Source of the DNA: Candidatus Norongarragalinales archaeon
GTDB lineage: Archaea; Micrarchaeota; Micrarchaeia; Norongarragalinales; DASYRB01
Length of the DNA: 64,000 nt
Assembly (NCBI GenBank): GCA_036004805.1
Contig: DASYRB010000026.1
Span: 4,938 to 68,937, forward strand
Direction of reading: 5' to 3'
Shown: piece by piece, positions 53,860 through 61,844 of the stretch
Layout of the letters: each line of letters starts with the position of its first letter
Position numbering within the stretch: the first letter of the stretch is position 1
Translations under genes and position numbers: made by a program
Notes under the pieces: generated by a model
Seen by the model: only the letters and a program-made list of their open reading frames with translations
The model's database searches: none
Told to the model about the DNA's origin: nothing

Positions 53860-55287
53860 TTAGTCTTTCTTCTTGCTGCGTAGCGCTTTGCGTTCGTCGG
53901 CGAGCTTGTCTTCGAGCGCTTCGCGTTGCGCTTCCAGCTCGGCGATCTTCGCTTTGCGCGCGTCCTTCGCGGCTTGCTTAGCGGCCTTCTCGTCGACTAC
54001 TGGCGCTTGCACTTCTACGGCTCCTTTGCGTGAGAGGTAGTACGCGCTGGCGATCGCGAGAATGATGGCGATGGCGAGTCCTGCGAGTAGTGGCGTGTTG
54101 CTTGCGGTGAAGAATCCTGCGAATCCGCTAGCGTTCCTGGTCGCGTTGCCGGTCGTGTTGCGCGTGCCGTTCGCTACGGGCAGTACGCCGCCGCGAGTGA
54201 ATATTTTCGTGACGGGCTGGTTTATTGCGCGTCCTGGGACGTCGAACTTGTACAGTCCTGCGGTTTCCGCTACGAAGCGCACTTGTCCCTGCTCGTCAGA
54301 CGGCAGTTGGAATACGCGGTCGTCTGGGAACTTGACGTTCAATCCTATTCCCTTGACTGGCTGTTTGGTTTGCGCGTCGACGATCGTGACCGTGATGAAG
54401 TCTCCTTGCGTGCCGCGTTCTGGCGCGCGGATCTCTACAGGGCTTCCTTGAGCGACGGGCGTTGGTGATGGTGCTGGTCCGCCTCCCGTGTTGCCTTCAG
54501 CGATGCAGATGTTGTTGCGGAAGTCGCAGTAGTATCCAGTGCCGCATACCGGATTGGCGTACAAACATCCTTGCGCGCTGCCACCAGGGCTGCCGCCTCC
54601 GCTTCCAGGGTTACCGCCGCTTCCAGGTGGTGAAGGCGTTGGCGTCGGTGAAGGAGTCGGCGTTGGGGTTGGCGAGGGCGTGACGCTAGCGTTGCTCGTG
54701 AGCGCGAAGTCGGCTTGCGTAGAGCTGCCGGCGACAATCACGACGCCGGTGCGCATTTGTGAATTGTATCCAGCAGCGCTTGCGGTAACTGTGAGCGTGC
54801 TTGGGTTCGGGCTGAACACGTAAGCTCCTGAAGCGTTCGTGAATCCGCTCGCTCCATTGCTCAATGCCACGAGTGCGCCACTGATCGGCGCGCCGCTGGT
54901 CGCGTTGGTAACGACGCCCCACAACACTGCCGGAGCAGGGTTGGGTTGCATCGTGAAGTTGAAGTATGCAGGGTTGAAGTTGAACACTGAGGTGTTCGTG
55001 ACTTGTCTCTGCGTGTCGTTCGTGTAGTCGTAGACGTGCGTGAAGTAAGACGCGTTTGTGAAAGTAATCGTGTAGTTTCCATCGGCAAGCCCGGTGGCGT
55101 TGAAGAATCCGCTCGCGTTGCTCGTGGTGTTGAACAATGCGCCGGTGCCGCTGTTTTGGAATACGACGTTCGCGACGATTCCTTGCGCGTTGTTGCTGTC
55201 GACGACGTATCCGCTCCATGATCCAGCATCCGCTAGAGGAGCGAGCGCGAAGAGCGCGACGAAAACTGCGAGGATTTTTTGATTCAT
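53860..55287 (-). CDS. Secreted surface protein: CarbopepD_reg-like domains, PT/Gly linker, small Cys-rich module, Ig-like domain, TM anchor and charged coiled C-tail.
   Basis: Signal MNQKILAVFVALFALAPLADA. TPSPTPTPTPSPTPTPSPPGSGG linker. CLYANPVCGTGYYCDFRNNIC. C-terminal LLAGLAIAIILAIASAYYL then KAAKQAAKDARKAKIAELE... Confidence 0.75.
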   Translation of the reverse strand: MNQKILAVFVALFALAPLADAGSWSGYVVDSNNAQGIVANVVFQNSGTGALFNTTSNASGFFNATGLADGNYTITFTNASYFTHVYDYTNDTQRQVTNTSVFNFNPAYFNFTMQPNPAPAVLWGVVTNATSGAPISGALVALSNGASGFTNASGAYVFSPNPSTLTVTASAAGYNSQMRTGVVIVAGSSTQADFALTSNASVTPSPTPTPTPSPTPTPSPPGSGGNPGSGGGSPGGSAQGCLYANPVCGTGYYCDFRNNICIAEGNTGGGPAPSPTPVAQGSPVEIRAPERGTQGDFITVTIVDAQTKQPVKGIGLNVKFPDDRVFQLPSDEQGQVRFVAETAGLYKFDVPGRAINQPVTKIFTRGGVLPVANGTRNTTGNATRNASGFAGFFTASNTPLLAGLAIAIILAIASAYYLSRKGAVEVQAPVVDEKAAKQAAKDARKAKIAELEAQREALEDKLADERKALRSKKKD

Positions 55288-55305
55288 TTTGAGTGTGACA
55301 CCGTT

Positions 55306-58300
55306 TTACATGCCGAAGTTTACGATCGTGACTTGTCCCGCTTGGAGCAAGTTGTTGTAGATGCTCACGCTGCCGTAACCCGTCGCGGTGGCGGTCAAGT
55401 TGTACGTGCCTGGTGCGAGGTCGTTGAGCCAGTAGACTCCGCTTCCGTTCGTGGTGTTGCTGGCGATGAGCGTGCCGCTTTGGAACGCTTGCACGAGCGC
55501 GCCGCTGAGCATCGTGCCGTTTACCGCGTCAATCACGGTTCCAGAGAACGCGCCGGCGCGTCCGAGCGCGAAGTTCAGCATCAAAGATTGGTTCGCGTTA
55601 ATGACGATTGGCGATGCGGTTTGCGTGACGTATCCCGCGTTGCTCGCGCTTACGCTGTAAGTTCCTGCAGGAAGCGTGATGTTGTAGAATCCGCTCGCGT
55701 TAGTGAGCGCGCTGTAATTGTATCCAACGATCTGTACGAGCGCGCCGTTGAGCGGTCCGCCCGAGCTGTTCGTTACGAATCCGTAAAGGTTTCCAGTGGC
55801 GTTGCTCGCTGGAGCGCCGACGGTAATGTTGAATGAAGTCGCGTTGCTGGCTCCCAGCGCGTCAGTGACAATCATGGTTGCGGTGTAGACTCCCGTCGCG
55901 GTGTAAGCGTGCGTAACGACCGCGTTCGTGGTCAAGCTGGTCGTGTTGGTCGCGTCGCCGTAGAACCATTGGTATGAAAGTGGCGTGTTGTTGTCAGGGT
56001 CGTACGAGGCGCTCGCGTTGAGCGTCACTATTTGTCCAACTACTGGCGTGTAGTTGTCCGCGGTCGCGTAAGCGACTGGCGGAATGTTGCTGACGTTCGC
56101 GCTTGCGCTCGTGTTGACCGTAAAGGTAACAGTGTCAGTGCCAACGTTTCCTGCAGCGTCGCTCGCGAAAGCGTTCAACGTGTAGGTTCCATTAGATGGA
56201 ACAGTAATGTTCGTGATTCCTGCGAAAGTCTGGTTCGTGCCGTTCCAGTTGAACCACGTGCTCGTAACCGCGACGTTGTCGGTCGCGAAAATGTCTACCG
56301 GGATCGTGGTGACGTTGTATGTCGCGTTCAACGGGCTGAGAATGATCACGGTAGGTGCGACGGTGTCGATGAAAGGCGTGCTCACGTTGATGAGCAGAGT
56401 CGTGCTGTTGCTGGCGGTGCCGTTGTCCGTAACGGTGAGCGTTGCGGTGTACAATCCACCGATGCTGTAAGAGTGGTTCGCAGTTACTCCCGTAGCGTTG
56501 CTGGCGTCGCCGAAGTCCCAGAAGTAACTCACGATGAAGCCGTCAGGGTCGTAAGACGCGCTAGCATTGAAAGTAATGAGTTGTCCGGTGACGGGCGTGC
56601 TGTTGTCGACGCTCGCGTAAGCAACCGGAGGCACGTTTACCGTCGCGTTGCTGAGCACGGTGAAAGTTACTGGAGCTGCGGTTCCGACGTTTCCGCTCGT
56701 GTCGTTCGCCCAGGCGTTGATAGTGTAAGTGCCCGGTCCTGGAACGACGAAGCTGGTCGGTCCGACGAATGACAAGTTTCCACCAAGAACGTTGTACCAG
56801 ACGCTAGCGACCGCGACGTTGTCGACCGCGTTGATGTCAACAGGAATCGTGGTCGTGTTGTAAGTAATGTTCATTGGCTGAACGATCGTGACGTTGGGCG
56901 CGATCGTGTCGTTCGTGGGCGTGGTGACGTTGATGAAAGTGGTGTTGCTCAATCCGCTGTAGAAACCGTTCAAGTTTCCAGTGCCCGCGGCGGTAGCGTT
57001 GAACAAGCAGTCATAATTGTATGAAGCTCCCGTGAAGACGCAAGCGTAGAAACCGATCGCGTTCGTTAGCACCATTCCCGGCGTGCTCGTGAAAGTGAGC
57101 GGGTTGCCTGCAGCGTCGAAAACGTTCCAGCGAATCAAGCTGTTCAAAGTTCCAACTGTAGTGTTGAGCAATACTGGGTTGACGGTCAAGAGCGCGGGTC
57201 CGCCGAGCGCGACAGTAACACCAGTCGTGTTCGTAAAGCTTCCAGAAACTGCAGTGATGGTCGCGTTTCCGATAGTGTTCGCGGTAAAGTTGGTGTTCTG
57301 CGTGTTTTGTGCAGGAACAAAGTTTCCGAGAGTTGGAGCGATGGTCCAGTTGGCGTTGACAGCGACGGCAGTGCCGTTCGTGTCGTAACCAGTGACAGTG
57401 TATTGCGTGACGCTGTTGTTGAGCACGACCAAGTTCTTCGGCGTGATGTCGATGTATGAAAGTGGGAATGCAGTGACCGTGACGGTAGCGTTTGCGCTTA
57501 GAGATCCCGCGTTAGCGACTAGCGTAGTCGTTCCAGGCGCGAGTGCAGTGAACAATCCACCGCTCGAAACAACTCCAACGGTCGTGTTGACGACGCTCCA
57601 TGCAGGAATCACGACGACAGGGTTGTTGTATTGGTCGAACGCGATAACGTTGAATTGGTAGTTTCCGCCGAGAGGCAAAGTCGCGACGCTCGGCACGACG
57701 TACATTTGCGTCGCAGCTCCCGGAAGCACTTGAATCACAGTAGTGTTCGTTACGGTTCCGCTCGTTGCGGTGATCGTAGCGTTTCCGGCGAGCGTGCTGT
57801 TGAAAATGGTGCTCGCGATTCCGCCGACAGTGTTGGCAGAGAGCGGGTTGACGATTCCAATGCTCGTGCTGAACGAGACGAGGGTTCCGTCAACGACCGG
57901 GTTGTTGAGAATGTCGAAAACGTTGGCGTCGACGCGCGCGCTCTGTCCCGCAGTGATCGTGGTCGCGTTCGGATAAAGGTAAAGCGTGTATGGGCTGCCG
58001 AGAGTGCCGTTAGCGACGTTCAAGAAAGTGCTCCCGTTAACGGTCAAATAGCTCGCTTGGATCGTGGCGGTTCCAGGATTGCCTGCGGTAGCGAGTCCAG
58101 CCGGCGAAGTGATGGTTGCGATGCTCGGGTTGCTCGTGCTCCACGCAGGGTTGTAAATCGGGAACAAGTATCCGCCAGCGTCGCGACCGATCGCAGTGTA
58201 TTGAATAGTGTCGTTTTGGTAAACAGTAAGGTTCGCAGGAACTACTTGAACGCTGACGAGCTGGCGAGGCGCAACGAGTGGCGTGTGAGATTGTCCACCG

Positions 58301-59397
58301 TATCCAGTTCCACCGTCTCCACCGTAATCACCGTCGAGCTCGCAATACCAGTAAGTGTCGTGCGGTCCGCCTTGTCCACCGCTTCCACCAAGTCCCCAGA
58401 CCGCTCCAGAGACCTGTGAAGTGACTGCATAGATGCTGGTTTGTCCCGCGTTTCCACCGTTTCCACCAGTGCCACCGTGCGCGTCGCAACCCTTCGCGGC
58501 CTGACCGTTTCCACCAACGCCACCATTAGCGAAGATAGAACCGGTGAGCACGAAGTCGTTCGACAAGAAGTTCAAGTTTTGCGCGTTTCCACCATTTCCA
58601 CCCCACGTTCCGTAAGCAGGGCTGTAAGGGTGGTCGACCGCGCCGTTCCATCCATTCCATGATGGTTGTCCGGCGTCGCCGTTAGCGTCAATGTTTCCAT
58701 AAATATAGATGTGGTTCGCGAAAACGTTCAACGTTCCGCTGCGCACGTAAAGAGTCGTGCCGGCAGGAATCACGAAAGTGTCATAATAGAAAGATCCACC
58801 GTAAACCGTCTGCGTCGAAACCGTGCACGTGCCGTTCGCTCCGTTATTGCAGTTCGTTCCTTGCAACGCGCCTGCCGGAATCGCGCCCGTCGGAGGCTGC
58901 ATCGGTCCAGCATATCCGCCATTGTTTCCAGAAACGTTCGCGTTACCAAGCCCAGGGAAAGACGCGTCGGGAGTAGGCTCGTCCGAAGCCAATTGCTGCA
59001 CTAGTTGAACAGGTGCTGGCGTAGCGCTTGGCTGTGGAATCACTTGCGGCAACTGAATGAAAGAAGGCTTCGCTTTCACGATGCCGATTTGAGCCTGAAC
59101 CGTCACCTGAGGCAGTGTTTTGACGCTCGGGTCGGTAGCTACTATATTAGAAAGAACAGGAGAAACCGCGGCGTGAACGCCGCCGATATTCGCAACAGCG
59201 AATGGGCTGTCAGAAGCATCAGAAACGCCAATAGTTGGTTGAAGTGGCTTGAAGGCGTACGCGCTTGCGATTGGAGAAATCGCGATAGCTACGAAGGCAA
59301 GGATCGCGATGCCGAAAATCGCGTAAGAGGTTTGTTTATTCAATTTTGTTGAAATCACAAAAAGCGCAGAAAGCCCCACGGTTCCCACCGGGACCAA
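55306..59397 (-). CDS. Giant adhesin-like protein (1363 aa): N-terminal TM, Gly-rich repeat region, Big_2-like and PKD domains, C-terminal CarbopepD_reg-like domains.
   Basis: PKD signatures (YFWDFGDASNATGVTANHSYSIGGLYTATLTVTD, YQWFYGDATNTTSL...YTATGVYTATMIVTD). Gly-rich GGVGGNGQAAKGCDAHGGTGGNGGNAGQ. C-terminal LNGALVQIVGYNYSALTNASGFYNITLPAGTYSVSASNAGY. Confidence 0.8.
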   Translation of the reverse strand: MVPVGTVGLSALFVISTKLNKQTSYAIFGIAILAFVAIAISPIASAYAFKPLQPTIGVSDASDSPFAVANIGGVHAAVSPVLSNIVATDPSVKTLPQVTVQAQIGIVKAKPSFIQLPQVIPQPSATPAPVQLVQQLASDEPTPDASFPGLGNANVSGNNGGYAGPMQPPTGAIPAGALQGTNCNNGANGTCTVSTQTVYGGSFYYDTFVIPAGTTLYVRSGTLNVFANHIYIYGNIDANGDAGQPSWNGWNGAVDHPYSPAYGTWGGNGGNAQNLNFLSNDFVLTGSIFANGGVGGNGQAAKGCDAHGGTGGNGGNAGQTSIYAVTSQVSGAVWGLGGSGGQGGPHDTYWYCELDGDYGGDGGTGYGGQSHTPLVAPRQLVSVQVVPANLTVYQNDTIQYTAIGRDAGGYLFPIYNPAWSTSNPSIATITSPAGLATAGNPGTATIQASYLTVNGSTFLNVANGTLGSPYTLYLYPNATTITAGQSARVDANVFDILNNPVVDGTLVSFSTSIGIVNPLSANTVGGIASTIFNSTLAGNATITATSGTVTNTTVIQVLPGAATQMYVVPSVATLPLGGNYQFNVIAFDQYNNPVVVIPAWSVVNTTVGVVSSGGLFTALAPGTTTLVANAGSLSANATVTVTAFPLSYIDITPKNLVVLNNSVTQYTVTGYDTNGTAVAVNANWTIAPTLGNFVPAQNTQNTNFTANTIGNATITAVSGSFTNTTGVTVALGGPALLTVNPVLLNTTVGTLNSLIRWNVFDAAGNPLTFTSTPGMVLTNAIGFYACVFTGASYNYDCLFNATAAGTGNLNGFYSGLSNTTFINVTTPTNDTIAPNVTIVQPMNITYNTTTIPVDINAVDNVAVASVWYNVLGGNLSFVGPTSFVVPGPGTYTINAWANDTSGNVGTAAPVTFTVLSNATVNVPPVAYASVDNSTPVTGQLITFNASASYDPDGFIVSYFWDFGDASNATGVTANHSYSIGGLYTATLTVTDNGTASNSTTLLINVSTPFIDTVAPTVIILSPLNATYNVTTIPVDIFATDNVAVTSTWFNWNGTNQTFAGITNITVPSNGTYTLNAFASDAAGNVGTDTVTFTVNTSASANVSNIPPVAYATADNYTPVVGQIVTLNASASYDPDNNTPLSYQWFYGDATNTTSLTTNAVVTHAYTATGVYTATMIVTDALGASNATSFNITVGAPASNATGNLYGFVTNSSGGPLNGALVQIVGYNYSALTNASGFYNITLPAGTYSVSASNAGYVTQTASPIVINANQSLMLNFALGRAGAFSGTVIDAVNGTMLSGALVQAFQSGTLIASNTTNGSGVYWLNDLAPGTYNLTATATGYGSVSIYNNLLQAGQVTIVNFGM

Positions 59398-59474
59398 CCA
59401 CGCTGATACAATTAGTTATCTAATCAGCCAAAACACCTATATAAGCCTTTTCCCCACTGGCCAGTAGTTACAAA

Positions 59475-60575
59475 CTAACTGGCTGATGGTGGTGGTCCGT
59501 AAGTACGTCTTAATGCCTTGAAAGCGTTCTTGAGACCGAAGTGGTGAATCATTGTCGGATAGGCAGCTCTGCCACCAATGCCGAGCTCTTGCAAATGACG
59601 AGCGACGATGAAGGGATCAGTTCCAACGGCCTTCAGTTTCTGTGTTATTTCGTCTGCGGCCTTCATCTGTAATTCGCGCGTTTCGATACCACGCGCTTTT
59701 CGAAGCTCCTCGAAAACTTGCTCCATCGGAACGAGCGCGCCAGTCCTTCTTGCAAAAATGATGTGGTGCAGAGGCGCTCTTGATTTGTAGAGAATCTCGC
59801 GTGATTCAGGAAGCGAAAAAAGTGACTGCCGAGAACGCATCACCTTGTAAGTCGCGATCGCATGAATGGGCGAAACGCTGCCATTCAGCTCGTGAGTGAA
59901 AAACTTTTCAGCCGCGGATTTCGATTGTTTAACTCGAGAAAGTCTTTGCCGCAAATCTCTCTCGAACGCGATGCGCACCATGTTCGGCGCGTGGCTGGGA
60001 TCGATTCCGAGGTGTTGCAATAGCGAATACTTGTTTCTTTCCGGAATCTCTTTGCGACTCAAAACGTGCATGAGCTGTTCTTTGAGCGAGGGAAAAGCGG
60101 GTTGCGCGAACGCGAAAAAAGCGGTCTGCGTCGCGGGATCACCGTCTTTCGCGAGTGTTTCTACGAGGGCGGTTTTTCGGATCTCGTTCTTTTCGCTCCT
60201 CGGCATGCCGCGATAGCGTTCATCGAACCAGGAGTGAATGTGTTCGGCATTCGCATTGCGAACAAAGTCCTTGAGAGAGCGCGAGGCTTTTCGGAACGCG
60301 GTTCTCGTCTTCTGGTTTTTAACGCGTTCTTCGATCTCTCTTCGAAGCGCTCTGGCTCTGGGTTTCGTTCTCTGCCTTGGCACGAGAGAGAAAATGCTTT
60401 TGGAAAGCTTTAAATTGCGACGGTCAGGCAATCTGTTCAACACACACGGGTGATGCTTAGAAAAATGGCTCGAGAAGAATTCAGAAATCCGTTCAGGAAA
60501 GCGAAAAACGTCATCGCAGGCGTATTCGCAGGAAGCGCGGCCCTTGCGGCACTCGGCGCTGCCCACAAAGTTCAC
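59475..60575 (-). CDS. Hypothetical basic protein (up to 366 aa, start uncertain), possible helix-hairpin-helix element.
   Basis: No catalytic motif recognised. LQELGIGGRAAYPTMIHHFG is HhH-like. The 5' 125 nt overlap the divergent 60450 gene, so the real start is probably downstream of 60575 (first internal ATG at about 60203). Confidence 0.4.
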   Translation of the reverse strand: MNFVGSAECRKGRASCEYACDDVFRFPERISEFFSSHFSKHHPCVLNRLPDRRNLKLSKSIFSLVPRQRTKPRARALRREIEERVKNQKTRTAFRKASRSLKDFVRNANAEHIHSWFDERYRGMPRSEKNEIRKTALVETLAKDGDPATQTAFFAFAQPAFPSLKEQLMHVLSRKEIPERNKYSLLQHLGIDPSHAPNMVRIAFERDLRQRLSRVKQSKSAAEKFFTHELNGSVSPIHAIATYKVMRSRQSLFSLPESREILYKSRAPLHHIIFARRTGALVPMEQVFEELRKARGIETRELQMKAADEITQKLKAVGTDPFIVARHLQELGIGGRAAYPTMIHHFGLKNAFKALRRTYGPPPSAS

Positions 60576-61820
60576 GCTAACATCAACCCCAACGAGCTCT
60601 CCAGACTACCCAACCCTGGAGAAGGAATCCACGGACCAAGCATCACCGACGCCGGACAAACCTCACTCGCTCTACAGGCAAACACGAGCGGCTACATGGG
60701 AACCATCCACTTCACGGCGGGCGGCAACAAACGCGGCTTCGGACTATTGTTCCACGACGCGATGCGCCTCTACATGCTCGAAAACACTCCTCAAGGCGGC
60801 AAAGTGCACGAAGTAAGCAACTTCCTCGGCCTCACCACATCGACGCACGCGTTCGGACTGCGACCAATGCTCGGCGCAACCGTCGGCGTAGTAAGGGACG
60901 CTCAAGGAAAACTCAAGCCAGACAACCTCGGACACATCGGCATTTCATACAAAGACCCAGAAAAAGGATTCCCGATCGCCAGCGCCGAAGCAGTGCTCGG
61001 AGGCTCGAAGGGTGTTAAGGACTTCAACGCTTACCTAGCCCTCGGAAACGCCGTGAACGCCACGGAGTTCTTCGCGAACAGGAAGGAAGTGCTCGCACGC
61101 ATCCACCGCGGACTCACGCTCGACGGCAGCGTCTACGCAGGCGCAGGATTCAGGCCCGGCGTCATCATCAGCGGCAAGCCAGCACAAGGATTCTTCGAAC
61201 TCGGAGGCCTTTGGAAGAAGCTCGGCTTCGGCGTGCGTCTAACCGCCGGCAGCAAGTCACGTGGACCCGACGTCTCACTCGCACTCACAGTCAAGCCCTG
61301 GGTAGGACCGCTAGCCACTCAAGAACAGCTCCTGGAAGAACGCGACTTCATCCACGGACTCTACAAAGCCGCTTCCGGCGTCCAACGCGCTCGACTGACC
61401 GCGCTCAAGAGCATCGCCAAGGAACAAATACCCGGACACCTGACGAGACTGCAAGAAATCCAAGACTCGCTCATCGCACAAGCCGCAATCCTGAACACGG
61501 GACAAGCGACCTCAGCGGATCGCGACAAGTACGTCGACCTCAAACAAAAATACAAACTGGTAGTCACTGAAGCCAATGACACGCTGCAACAAGGACTCTC
61601 GCAACTGCCTCTCGGCGAAAGACTCGAAATTCCGAGACTCCGCAAGAGACTCAACGAGCTCGAAAAGTCACTGCCGCCAATGTCGCGACTGCCGGAAAGC
61701 TTCCCAGAAAACGTCAACGACGAACTCGGAGACCTCCTGAGACGCGCGGCCACGCTGCAAAAGAGCCTTGACGGCTTCAAGAAAGCCATCGACGAACTGC
61801 CCGCACCAAAGAAAGACTAA
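60450..61820 (+). CDS. Secreted hypothetical protein with a beta-rich amphipathic central region and a C-terminal coiled coil.
   Basis: Signal/anchor VIAGVFAGSAALAALGAAHKVHA. Alternating-hydrophobic beta-strand-like segments (GFGLLF, HIGISY, GVRLTAGS, VSLALTVKPW). C-terminal 150 aa helical. Confidence 0.5.
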   Translation: MMLRKMAREEFRNPFRKAKNVIAGVFAGSAALAALGAAHKVHANINPNELSRLPNPGEGIHGPSITDAGQTSLALQANTSGYMGTIHFTAGGNKRGFGLLFHDAMRLYMLENTPQGGKVHEVSNFLGLTTSTHAFGLRPMLGATVGVVRDAQGKLKPDNLGHIGISYKDPEKGFPIASAEAVLGGSKGVKDFNAYLALGNAVNATEFFANRKEVLARIHRGLTLDGSVYAGAGFRPGVIISGKPAQGFFELGGLWKKLGFGVRLTAGSKSRGPDVSLALTVKPWVGPLATQEQLLEERDFIHGLYKAASGVQRARLTALKSIAKEQIPGHLTRLQEIQDSLIAQAAILNTGQATSADRDKYVDLKQKYKLVVTEANDTLQQGLSQLPLGERLEIPRLRKRLNELEKSLPPMSRLPESFPENVNDELGDLLRRAATLQKSLDGFKKAIDELPAPKKD

Positions 61821-61844
61821 AAACGAAAAAAAAAAGATTTTTTT

